Source of the DNA: Minisyncoccota bacterium
Lineage (GTDB): Bacteria > Patescibacteriota > Minisyncoccia > Phycocordibacterales > Phycocordibacteraceae
Assembly (NCBI GenBank): GCA_018062765.1
Contig: JAGORR010000001.1
Location: 78,638-142,637, forward strand
DNA: 64,000 nt
Reading direction: 5' to 3'
The notes under the pieces are model-generated. The model worked only from the letters and a program-made list of their open reading frames with translations. It ran no database searches and was not told the DNA's origin. The translations under genes were made by a program, and so were the position numbers. Of this stretch, positions 53,312 through 62,035 are shown piece by piece; position 1 is the stretch's first letter; each line of letters starts with the position of its first letter.

Positions 53312-53712
53312 CCGAGAGCGAGCTTCACACGGACCTTCTCGAGTTCCTCTGCGTCCGGGCTCCCGCGCTTTCCCGTAAGGATGAGGTTCGAGGTGAGGTC
53401 GAGGGAGTCTTCCATCGGTACCACATGCACATGGGCGTGCGGTACATCCCATCCAGCGACCTGAAATCCGACCCGTTTTGGGGAAAGGGTTCGCTCAATC
53501 ATGCCCGCTACCCTTTTGGATGCGCGCGTAACAGCGTCAAAGGTCCCATCGTCGAGGTGGTGCAGGTCCGGGTCGTGAACTTTGGGTATCACAAGGGTGT
53601 GGCCAGGCCGGAGCGGATGGATATCAAGGAATGCGACCACCTGATTATCCTCGTACACCACGGAGGCAGGCAGTTCGCCAGCTGCGATCTTGCAGAATAT
53701 GCAGTCTTTCAT
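53308..53712 (-). CDS. HIT-family hydrolase.
   Basis: MKDCIFCKIA..., HTLVIPKVH and the histidine triad HAHVHVVP. Start trimmed from the ORF-track 53853. Confidence 0.7.
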   Translation of the reverse strand: MKDCIFCKIAAGELPASVVYEDNQVVAFLDIHPLRPGHTLVIPKVHDPDLHHLDDGTFDAVTRASKRVAGMIERTLSPKRVGFQVAGWDVPHAHVHVVPMEDSLDLTSNLILTGKRGSPDAEELEKVRVKLALG

Positions 53713-53755
53713 GCGGCAAGCATACTCCCGAAGGCGATTTTGATACAATCCACGA

Positions 53756-55465
53756 ATGTCGCCCTTGCACGCTCCTATCGATGACGCCATTCGCGAGGAG
53801 CTCAAGGAATTTGATGACCTCACTGCAGCGCTTCTTGCGCGTCGCGGCGTCACGACGCGCGCGGAGGCCGAGACGTTTCTTAATCCTTCGTATGAAGACC
53901 ATATTCACGACCCGCTCCTCCTCAAGAATATGCACGCCGCAGCAAAGCGCGTTGCGCGTGCGATACATGCAGGCGAGCGCATCACGATATGGAGCGATTA
54001 TGACTGCGACGGCATACCTGGCGCCGTCATCCTCCATGATTTTCTGAAGAAGGCAGGAGCTAATTTCGATAATTACATTCCGCATAGGCACTTGGAGGGG
54101 TATGGCGTGAACTCGGAGGGAATCGAGAAGCTCGCCAAAGCAGGGACCTCGCTCGTCATCACGGTCGACTCAGGTATCACTGATAACGAGGCAGTGGCGC
54201 ATGCGCGGGAACTTGGCATGGACGTTATCGTGACTGATCACCATCTGCCGCAGCCACCTATGCCGGACGCCATCATCCTCGACCATAAACAGGAAGGAGA
54301 GACATATCCCTTTAAAGAGCTTTGCGGCGCTGTGATGGCGTGGAAGCTTGTGTGCGGGGTCTTAGCAGTAGATGCCCCGTTGCGCGAGAAGATACCCGTT
54401 GGATGGGAAAAGTGGCTTCTTGATATGGCCGCCTTGGCGACCATCGCCGACATGATGCCGCTTACAGGAGAGAATCGCGTCATTGTGCGTTACGGACTTC
54501 TCGTCCTTCGGAAATCCCCACGCGTGGGACTCCAGAAGCTCTGTAAGGCGATGCGTGTGAACCAGTCGCGCATCACCGAGGACGATGTCGCGTTCATGCT
54601 CGCCCCTCGCGTGAACGCCGCAAGTCGCATGGGAGACCCGCGGTACGCGTTTACGCTTTTCACAACGAGTGACGAAGCCGAGGCCGAGACGCTCGCAAAG
54701 AAACTCGAGAGCCTTAACCGGAGTCGGAGAGCAAGCGCAGGCGCCATCACAAAAGCGGTTCACGCGAAACTCGAGGAGCTCAAGGCATCGGGTACCATCC
54801 CCTCGGTCATCGTGCTCGGAGACCCAGAGTGGCGACCGGCACTGCTCGGGCTCGTTGCAAGCGGTATCGCAAGCGAGTACGAGCGCCCCGTATTCCTCTG
54901 GGGACGAGAAGGGAACGACACCCTTAAGGGCTCGTGCCGTAGCTGGGGAAACGTGCATCTGGTCGAACTCATGAAGGCAGCTAAGGACGCATTCGCGGAA
55001 TTTGGCGGTCACGCATACTCGGCGGGGTTTAGTGTCGCGGGTGACCAGATATTTAAGCTGTCGGAGAGACTTGTTGCTGCGCGAGAAATGCTTGCTGAAT
55101 CTTCGGAAGAGGATGCTGTACGGGCGGACGCGCCGCTCGCGCTTTCTGCCGCGACGTTCAGATTGTTGTCGACTCTTGAGAAGCTTGCGCCGTACGGGCA
55201 ATCGAATCCGAAGCCCGTATTCGGTTTCGAGAATGCCACAGTAGATGCGGTCGCATGGTTTGGGAAAACCGGAGAGCATCTGCGACTCTCCATCAGCGAC
55301 GGGTTCGTAGAGCTCGAAGCGATATCCTTCTTCGCGAGGCGCGAGCTTGGAAAGAAGGCAGACAGGCTTGAAAAGGGTAGTACGGTGACAGTCCTCGGTA
55401 ATCTTGAGCGCGACCAATTCTCTCGGAGCCGCGTACCGCGAGTACGTATCGTCTCCTTGGTATAG
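53756..55465 (+). CDS. recJ: Single-stranded-DNA-specific exonuclease RecJ.
   Basis: DHH motifs (SDYDCDGI, VTDHH) and a DHHA1 domain. Confidence 0.85.
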   Translation: MSPLHAPIDDAIREELKEFDDLTAALLARRGVTTRAEAETFLNPSYEDHIHDPLLLKNMHAAAKRVARAIHAGERITIWSDYDCDGIPGAVILHDFLKKAGANFDNYIPHRHLEGYGVNSEGIEKLAKAGTSLVITVDSGITDNEAVAHARELGMDVIVTDHHLPQPPMPDAIILDHKQEGETYPFKELCGAVMAWKLVCGVLAVDAPLREKIPVGWEKWLLDMAALATIADMMPLTGENRVIVRYGLLVLRKSPRVGLQKLCKAMRVNQSRITEDDVAFMLAPRVNAASRMGDPRYAFTLFTTSDEAEAETLAKKLESLNRSRRASAGAITKAVHAKLEELKASGTIPSVIVLGDPEWRPALLGLVASGIASEYERPVFLWGREGNDTLKGSCRSWGNVHLVELMKAAKDAFAEFGGHAYSAGFSVAGDQIFKLSERLVAAREMLAESSEEDAVRADAPLALSAATFRLLSTLEKLAPYGQSNPKPVFGFENATVDAVAWFGKTGEHLRLSISDGFVELEAISFFARRELGKKADRLEKGSTVTVLGNLERDQFSRSRVPRVRIVSLV

Positions 55466-55473
55466 TCAATTCT

Positions 55474-55890
55474 ATGCGTTTTTACATACAGGCGGATGGC
55501 GGAGCCCGCGGGAACCCCGGGCCCGCAGGGTCAGGTGCTGTCGTCCGTGACGCCGAGGGCAACACCATTCTAGAAGTCTCCGAGTTTATCGGGCACGCAA
55601 CCAACAATGTTGCTGAGTACACCGCGATTATCCGGGCTCTGGAAGGACTCAAGGAGCGGCTTGGCGCTGATGCATCGCAGGCGACGGTGACCATTGAGAT
55701 GGACAGCAAGCTCGTCGTCGAGCAGATGGAGGGTCGTTGGAAGGTGAAGCATCCAAACATGCGCCCTTTAGCCGCAAGGGCTGCCGTGCTCGCCTTATCG
55801 TTCGGACACGTTTCTTATGCGCACATTCCGCGCGAGAAGAATGGCGCGGCTGACGCCCTGGCGAACGCGGCGATGGATAGAGGACAGTAG
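55474..55890 (+). CDS. rnhA: RNase HI-like ribonuclease.
   Basis: YIQADGGARGNPGPAG, EYTAIIRALE and IEMDSKLVV motifs with the RNase H catalytic residues. Confidence 0.7.
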   Translation: MRFYIQADGGARGNPGPAGSGAVVRDAEGNTILEVSEFIGHATNNVAEYTAIIRALEGLKERLGADASQATVTIEMDSKLVVEQMEGRWKVKHPNMRPLAARAAVLALSFGHVSYAHIPREKNGAADALANAAMDRGQ

Positions 55891-55892
55891 CT

Positions 55893-57371
55893 ATGATTGC
55901 GCGATACGCGCTCTTCCTGGTCGCCATAGGGTTCTCGCTCGGAGCGCTGTCGCGCTCCTTGTTCGTGTATGACGTTGTCGCGCTCGGCTTCGTCGCGATA
56001 CTCGTCACAATATTCATCATCGCGTGGGCGATAACCCGGTTTAACGCGTACGCGTTTGCAACCATACTCCTAATAAGCGCTCTCGCAGGCTCTGGACGTG
56101 CGGTGCTCGCGATTGAATCACTCCCGAGCACATTCGCTCCGCTTGTTGGAAGCGAAGTGTCTTTTGAGGGAAGGGTAGCGACCGAGCCTGATATACGCGA
56201 AACGAGCCAGCGCATCACGGTTCGCGTCGAAAATACAGGAGAGGTGACGCGGCTGCTTGCGGTAGTACCCTCGTACCCACAGGTCGCATACGGCGAGTAT
56301 GTCAGGGTTTCGGGAAGGCTCGAGCTGCCTGAGCCCTTCGATACGGAGAATGGACGTGAGTTTCGTTATGATCGGCACCTTGCGAAGGACGGCGTGTTAC
56401 TCATCATGCCGCGGGCAAGTATAGAATCGTTCGCGCCACCGAGCGCTTGGGATGCCTACACGTTCGGTCTCTTGTACCAACTGAAAGCAGTATTCATGGA
56501 TGGCGTCGAGGCGGCGCTTCCGGAGCCATCTGCAGCGCTTGCCGAGGGGATCCTCGTGGGTGGTAAGCAAGGCCTCGGCAAGGAATTGCTCGATGTGTTC
56601 ACGATAGCTGGGCTCGTCCATGTCGTGGTGTTATCCGGCTACAACATCATGCTGGTTGCGCGCGGATTCCTTACTGTATTCGGGAAAGGTAGGAGGACGG
56701 GTCAAGTAGCGGCAGGCGTCGCGATACTTCTGTTCGTTCTTATGGCTGGTGCTGGGAGCGCTTCGATACGCGCAGGACTTATGGCGGGTCTCGCGCTTTT
56801 CGCGCGGGCTACAGGGCGCACCTATGATGCACTGCGTGCACTTGCCGCGGTCACGCTCCTCATGCTTCTTCACAACCCGCTTCTTCTTGCGTATGACATC
56901 GGCTTTCAATTCACGCTTGCCGCAACCATCGGCGTCATCTGGCTCACACCCCTTATAGAGCGAAGACTTGCGAAGCTTAAGCCCGGATTCATTCGAGAGA
57001 TTGCGGCGACGACCCTTGCCGCGCAGATAGGAATTCTTCCGATACTCCTCTACCAAACGGGAATCCTATCTCCGTATGCGCTTCCGGCTAACCTCATCGT
57101 GCTCTCCCTCATACCGCCCGCGATGCTGTTCTCGTTTGTCGCTGGTATCGCGGGAATGCTCGTGCCCGCCGTTGCTCCTATCATTGCGTTTCCCGCGAAC
57201 GTGCTCCTCATGGTCGTCGTTTCAATTGCCGAAGGCGTCTCCAAGCTTCCTGGTGCGACCGCGACCGTTCCTGAGTTTGGTATCTGGGTCGTCGTCTTCG
57301 CCTACGCGGTGCTCATTGCGCTCTCTATAAGCTTGCAGCGCGGAGAGAGAAGGGGTAGTTTCAAAAACTAG
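55893..57371 (+). CDS. comEC: ComEC/Rec2 competence protein, N-terminal DUF4131 plus Competence membrane domains only.
   Basis: Polytopic membrane ORF ending before any metallo-beta-lactamase domain. Confidence 0.65.
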   Translation: MIARYALFLVAIGFSLGALSRSLFVYDVVALGFVAILVTIFIIAWAITRFNAYAFATILLISALAGSGRAVLAIESLPSTFAPLVGSEVSFEGRVATEPDIRETSQRITVRVENTGEVTRLLAVVPSYPQVAYGEYVRVSGRLELPEPFDTENGREFRYDRHLAKDGVLLIMPRASIESFAPPSAWDAYTFGLLYQLKAVFMDGVEAALPEPSAALAEGILVGGKQGLGKELLDVFTIAGLVHVVVLSGYNIMLVARGFLTVFGKGRRTGQVAAGVAILLFVLMAGAGSASIRAGLMAGLALFARATGRTYDALRALAAVTLLMLLHNPLLLAYDIGFQFTLAATIGVIWLTPLIERRLAKLKPGFIREIAATTLAAQIGILPILLYQTGILSPYALPANLIVLSLIPPAMLFSFVAGIAGMLVPAVAPIIAFPANVLLMVVVSIAEGVSKLPGATATVPEFGIWVVVFAYAVLIALSISLQRGERRGSFKN

Positions 57372-57393
57372 GAGCAGGGAAGGAGATACGGTA

Positions 57394-57573
57394 ATGAAGA
57401 CGTACCCAGGACACCAGGACTTTGAGGATTACACGCGACAGGAGTATCCGCTTTCTCCGCTTGGCTACGGCCTTGTGGGCGCCCTAGCGGGGGTGGTGAT
57501 TATCTCGCTCATCGGCGCCGTGAGCTACGGTATCGGAAGCGCCGTCGACGCAGTCGCCTCATTCCTCACGTAG
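57394..57573 (+). CDS. Small 59-aa TM protein, hypothetical.
   Basis: AAGGAG Shine-Dalgarno 8 nt upstream. Below the 60-aa ORF-track cut-off. Confidence 0.3.
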   Translation: MKTYPGHQDFEDYTRQEYPLSPLGYGLVGALAGVVIISLIGAVSYGIGSAVDAVASFLT

Positions 57574-57630
57574 CGAAGCTACGAAAAAGGCCCGCGCACT
57601 AAGGTGCGCGGGCCTTCACTTGTATCGGTG

Positions 57631-58227
57631 CTACGCAACGGCGTTCACGAATCGTTCCTCGACCGTCTTCCAATTAAGGTTATCGAAAAACGCGCTCACA
57701 TAGTCTTTCTTTTCTGCCGGAAGATAATCGACCATGTAGGCATGCTCCCAAAGATCGAGCGCAAGAATGATGGGAAGCCCCGCAAGCTGGCCAAGCTCAT
57801 GATCGGCGACGAAGACAGTATGGAGGGTGCGCGCGACAGGGTCCGCATACACGACTACCCAGCCGATGCCACGCGTACCGGCGACTTCTTTTATATGTGC
57901 GACGAGTCCACCACGGTCGCCATAACGCTCCTCGGAGAGCTTCGCGAGTGCGCTCCCCACATCGATACCGCACGCTCCGCCCTCAAACTGTTCGAAGTAG
58001 TACTCGTGCATGCGCATACCGTCGAACTCAAATGCGAAGCGCCGTCGCAACTCCGCCATGGGGTACATATTCCCCTCGGCGTCCGATTCGCGCATTTTCT
58101 TGAGCATGTCAGCGATGAGGTTCGTATGCTTCACGTACCCCTCGTAAAGCGCGAGATGGGCATCTATCTGCGCCTTGGAGAGCCCCTTCAACTCCGGTAG
58201 TGAGAATTTCCGTGCTTCGTATGTCAT
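57631..58227 (-). CDS. sodA: Fe/Mn superoxide dismutase.
   Basis: HH...YV and DLWEHAYMVDY signature blocks. Confidence 0.9.
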   Translation of the reverse strand: MTYEARKFSLPELKGLSKAQIDAHLALYEGYVKHTNLIADMLKKMRESDAEGNMYPMAELRRRFAFEFDGMRMHEYYFEQFEGGACGIDVGSALAKLSEERYGDRGGLVAHIKEVAGTRGIGWVVVYADPVARTLHTVFVADHELGQLAGLPIILALDLWEHAYMVDYLPAEKKDYVSAFFDNLNWKTVEERFVNAVA

Positions 58228-58281
58228 GACTCTAAGCTAGCGCGCGACGCGTGAGCGTCTAATGACGGTAGTATAGCAATA

Positions 58282-59133
58282 ATGAGACTCCGTCCGGCAC
58301 TCTGGCTCCTCATATGCGCGCTTATTCTCGGAAACGGTGCGCTCTGGTACGTTGCTGTCGCCCGGGAGACGGGGAAGCTCCACGTATCCGTGCTTGATGT
58401 AGGGCAGGGCGACGCGATCCTCATCGAAGGGCCAACGGGCACCCAGGTGCTTATCGACGGGGGACGGGATCGGTCCGTGCTGCGGCGGCTCGGGACTCTG
58501 ATGCCGCTTTTCGACCGCAGTATCGACCTTGTTATCGCTACGCACCCGGATGCCGACCATATCGGCGGGCTTCCCGGCGTTTTCTCTCGCTACCGGGTTT
58601 CGTATTACATGGATGGAGCCGCCGCGGGAGACACTGCGCAGGCCGCGGCTCTTGATAAGACGGTCGAGGATGAGGATGGGATGGAGGTAATCGAGACTGA
58701 GCGCGGCACCCGCATCGATCTCGGGGGCGGAGCATACCTCGACGTCCTCTACCCGGATCGCGAAGCTCCCTCAATAGAAAACAATACCGGTTCCGTCGTC
58801 GCGCGGCTCGTCTACGGCGAGACATCATTCATGTTCACCGGTGACGCGCCGAGCGCGGTCGAGGATTGGCTCGTGCGCCTTGATGGCGAAGCGCTTAAAA
58901 GCGACATGCTTAAGGCCGGACACCACGGTTCGAAAACATCGACGGGTGAGGCCTGGCTCACTGCCGTCGCTCCCGACTATGTCGCCATATCGGCAGGAAA
59001 GGATAATTCCTACGGCCACCCATCTCCGGAGGTGGTCGCGCGGGCCGTTGCGACTGGTGCGCGAATCGTCTCTACGATGGAGGAGGGCACGCTTACATTC
59101 CTCTCTGACGGCGCCGCAGTAACCTATAAATGA
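58282..59133 (+). CDS. comEC: ComEC C-terminal metallo-beta-lactamase domain protein with its own N-terminal TM.
   Basis: VLDVGQGDAILIE...ATHPDADHIGG...GHHGS MBL motifs. Confidence 0.65.
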   Translation: MRLRPALWLLICALILGNGALWYVAVARETGKLHVSVLDVGQGDAILIEGPTGTQVLIDGGRDRSVLRRLGTLMPLFDRSIDLVIATHPDADHIGGLPGVFSRYRVSYYMDGAAAGDTAQAAALDKTVEDEDGMEVIETERGTRIDLGGGAYLDVLYPDREAPSIENNTGSVVARLVYGETSFMFTGDAPSAVEDWLVRLDGEALKSDMLKAGHHGSKTSTGEAWLTAVAPDYVAISAGKDNSYGHPSPEVVARAVATGARIVSTMEEGTLTFLSDGAAVTYK

Positions 59134-59184
59134 AAAAACTCCGTAAGGAGCCGTTCTCGAAGCTTCTCGCTAGCAGTTGATAGC

Positions 59185-59427
59185 TTAAATGACGCCGGCC
59201 TTCTTAAGGGTTGCGTGCGCGCCGTTCTTCTTGATGTGGCGCATACCCTTTACCGATACCTCGAGGATAATCGTCTTATTGAGCTCGGGCACAAAGATGC
59301 GACGCTTCTGGATGTTCGCCTTGCGACGAACTTTCCCCGTAGGGTTGAACTGGGTCGCGCGCGTACGGTTAGAGTACCGTCCGCCTATCTGCGTCGACTT
59401 CCCGGTGACTGCGCATTCCCTTGCCAT
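59185..59427 (-). CDS. rpmB: 50S ribosomal protein L28.
   Basis: MARECAVTGKSTQIGG...RRIFVPELNKTI...KGMRHIKK. Trimmed from the 167-aa ORF-track frame. Confidence 0.85.
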   Translation of the reverse strand: MARECAVTGKSTQIGGRYSNRTRATQFNPTGKVRRKANIQKRRIFVPELNKTIILEVSVKGMRHIKKNGAHATLKKAGVI

Positions 59428-59458
59428 AATTCCCGCATGGTAGCATGGTTTTGCCTCC

Positions 59459-60100
59459 ATGCAACCGGAACTCATAGAAATCATTTTCACGCTCGCGATC
59501 CTCGTCCTTTCCATCATCGTCCACGAGGTGGCGCACGGATATGCAGCCAATTCCCTAGGGGATCCGACCGCGAAGCTCCAGGGACGCTTGACCCTTAACC
59601 CCATACCGCACATAGACCCTATCGGCTCGATACTCATTCCCGGAGCACTCATTCTCTCGTCGGCGGGGGTATTTTTCGGATGGGCCAAGCCGGTTCCCTA
59701 TAATCCCTATAACCTGAGGAGTCAGCGCTGGGGCGAGGCCATTGTTGCTTCTGCTGGAGCGGTTACCAATCTCACACTCGCCCTCATCTTCGGGCTCATT
59801 GTGCGGTTCGGGGTTGGAACGTTGCCGCTCCCGTTCTTGGAACTTTCCGCAACGATATGTGCCATGAACCTCTTCCTCGGCATTTTTAACCTTATTCCGA
59901 TTCCACCCCTCGACGGCTTCACAGTGCTGCGGGGACTCCTTCCATATCGACTCGGCTCCCGGCTCCAGGAATTTGAGGAGCGCATGCGCGCGGGAGGCAT
60001 CCTGACCCTCATCCTCATTCTGTTTGCGTTTTCCTACCTCTTTGCGGGCTATTTCGTTGCATTCATAGGAACAATCTTCAGTCTCATCACCGGAGTGTAG
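59459..60100 (+). CDS. Site-2-protease-like M50 zinc metalloprotease (membrane).
   Basis: HEVAHG HExxH motif inside a TM helix. 5-6 TM segments. Confidence 0.65.
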   Translation: MQPELIEIIFTLAILVLSIIVHEVAHGYAANSLGDPTAKLQGRLTLNPIPHIDPIGSILIPGALILSSAGVFFGWAKPVPYNPYNLRSQRWGEAIVASAGAVTNLTLALIFGLIVRFGVGTLPLPFLELSATICAMNLFLGIFNLIPIPPLDGFTVLRGLLPYRLGSRLQEFEERMRAGGILTLILILFAFSYLFAGYFVAFIGTIFSLITGV

Positions 60101-60335
60101 GTCTTGCGTTTTATCTCATATACGGCATACTCCCAGCAGTCAGTTTTGTCTGGAACGACCCTAAAGCCCCCAGCCCCCCGCGGTTGTTCCAGACTAGGGG
60201 GCGGCAGGAAGTCCTCCAAACACGCTTGCCGCCCCCGACTTCTACCGACCCTTCCGCTTGGAGGGTCGTTTGCTTTTACGGCCTATCTTTTATATAGTCA
60301 TCGTGACTCGGGACGCGAGTCTTCTTTATTGCCAC

Positions 60336-60743
60336 ATGGCGACCATCAATCAGCTTTCGAAGAAGCACCGCAAGGACAAGACTCGTAAGTCTAAGGTCCT
60401 TGCTCTTGGGCGTGGTTTCAATCACCTCGAGAACCGTCCCACCTACTACTCGGCCCCCTTCAAGCGCGGTGTCTGCACGAAGGTAACGACGAAGACTCCT
60501 CGCAAGCCTAACTCGGCTATTCGTAAGATTGCCCGTGTCCGTCTCTCTAACGGTATGGAGGTTACGGCGTATATCCCAGGCGAGGGACACAACCTCCAGG
60601 AGCACTCCGTCGTCCTGCTTCGTGGTGGTCGCGTGAAGGACATCGGTGTCCAGTACACTATCGTTCGCGGCAAGCTCGACACTGCAGGCCTTGAGAAGCG
60701 ACGCCGTGGACGATCGCGCTACGGAGCGAAGAAACCAAAATAG
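60336..60743 (+). CDS. rpsL: 30S ribosomal protein S12.
   Basis: [10 protein letters not shown]...[16 protein letters not shown]...[10 protein letters not shown]. Start trimmed to the ATG at 60336. Confidence 0.95.
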   Translation: MATINQLSKKHRKDKTRKSKVLALGRGFNHLENRPTYYSAPFKRGVCTKVTTKTPRKPNSAIRKIARVRLSNGMEVTAYIPGEGHNLQEHSVVLLRGGRVKDIGVQYTIVRGKLDTAGLEKRRRGRSRYGAKKPK

Positions 60744-60769
60744 CTATCAGCTACTAGCTACGAGCTTTA
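60742..60769. repeat. (AGCTANN)x4 tandem heptamer array: AGCTATC AGCTACT AGCTACG AGCTTTA.
   Basis: AGCT cores at 60742, 60749, 60756 and 60763. The first core overlaps the rpsL TAG stop. It ends 12 nt before the rpsG ATG. Confidence 0.7.
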
Positions 60770-60781
60770 AATACAAGAAAT

Positions 60782-61246
60782 ATGCGACGTCCTCTCAAAC
60801 ACAAGCGAACCTGGCGCCCCGACCTTAAGTACGGGAGCGAAACCCTCACCCGTTTCATCAATGCGGTGATGTGGGACGGAAAGAAAGACACTGCCCGCAA
60901 GGTCGTTTACGAGGCACTTGAGATAGTGAAGAAGGAGGGCATGGACCCACTTGAGACCTTTGATACCGCTATCCGTAACGTGTCTCCTCTCATGGAGGTC
61001 CGCTCGCGCCGCGTGGGAGGTGCAAACTACCAGGTTCCACGCGAAGTTCCTCAGGCGCGCCGTCTCGCGCTCGCATTCCGTTGGCTCATCAACGGCGCTC
61101 GCGCCAAGAAGGGGAAACCTATGGCCGAGAAGCTCGCCGGGGAGCTCCTCCTTGCGGTTAAGAACGAGGGAGATGCAATCAAGAAGAAGGACGAGATGCA
61201 CCGCATGGCCGATGCGAACAAGGCGTTTGCCCACTTCGCCTGGTAG
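60782..61246 (+). CDS. rpsG: 30S ribosomal protein S7.
   Basis: Full-length S7 (RFINAVMWDGKK...YQVPREV...). Confidence 0.95.
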   Translation: MRRPLKHKRTWRPDLKYGSETLTRFINAVMWDGKKDTARKVVYEALEIVKKEGMDPLETFDTAIRNVSPLMEVRSRRVGGANYQVPREVPQARRLALAFRWLINGARAKKGKPMAEKLAGELLLAVKNEGDAIKKKDEMHRMADANKAFAHFAW

Positions 61247-61265
61247 TTCATCTAGTTCGATAGAA

Positions 61266-61296
61266 GTGAAAAGCGCCTCAGGGCGCTTTTCACTTT
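61266..61296 (+). terminator. Rho-independent terminator after rpsG.
   Basis: GAAAAGCGCC tcag GGCGCTTTTC. Confidence 0.6.
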
Positions 61297-61357
61297 GCTC
61301 ACTCGGTATTCATGCATCCCGTGGCTTAGTGGGGTGATATCCGCTAAACCGTCCCTC

Positions 61358-61432
61358 ATGAAAGGCATCATCCTCTGGCTCGCAGGAGTCCCGGTAATCG
61401 TCATCATCCTGCTCTATATCTTCATATTTTAG
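61358..61432 (+). CDS. Possible 24-aa hydrophobic peptide (MKGIILWLAGVPVIVIILLYIFIF).
   Basis: Short ORF enclosed by two terminators inside the str operon. Speculative. Confidence 0.2.
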   Translation: MKGIILWLAGVPVIVIILLYIFIF

Positions 61433-61462
61433 GAAAAGCCCGGCGTACGCCGGGCTTTTCCT
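61433..61462 (+). terminator. Rho-independent terminator (GCCCGG cgtacg CCGGGC followed by a T-run).
   Basis: Read directly. Confidence 0.55.
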
Positions 61463-61505
61463 ATCACTCCCTTTTTGAACGATGTCTAGCTGATATGCTT
61501 AGTTT

Positions 61506-61895
61506 ATGGAAGGAATGCCAAAATCGCTAAAGCGGCTTGATGTAGAAACACTACTGCCGCGAGCTGAGGGGGAGCCAATTGCACACGGAGAGAATCTCGA
61601 AAGACTTCGCTACACCGAAGAGGATCTCCAGGTGATTGACGCAATTCTTAACGCTGCGGGTATACCACCGCTACTTATTGGAGACGGAACCGTGGTGGAT
61701 CAAGAAATGGTGAAATTTCTCAATACGGTCTCCGGGAGCGACTTGCTCGAGCTAGACAGATATCTCCATGAGATGGATGGGAATGCGATGAATACCCCAG
61801 AAGGTCGAGAGCTGAAGAAATACCTCAGAGACACCATTTTCACTCTTTGGAAGAATTACGAGCCGGTTGGAGAGGGGTTTCGCAAGGCTGCCTAG
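61506..61895 (+). CDS. Hypothetical 129-aa protein, lower GC, inserted between rpsG and fusA.
   Basis: ORF with AT-richer composition than its neighbours. Confidence 0.4.
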   Translation: MEGMPKSLKRLDVETLLPRAEGEPIAHGENLERLRYTEEDLQVIDAILNAAGIPPLLIGDGTVVDQEMVKFLNTVSGSDLLELDRYLHEMDGNAMNTPEGRELKKYLRDTIFTLWKNYEPVGEGFRKAA

Positions 61896-62035
61896 AAAAG
61901 ACCCAAGAGTTTTCTTTACGAGAACCGCCTCTTTTGCTTTATAGCCGTGTTTTCGCTACTATCAGGGGTAACGCGCAGGCGGTTTTTCTTTATTATCAGG
62001 CCGCCTACTGCTAACTGCATTCCGCTCACCATTCT

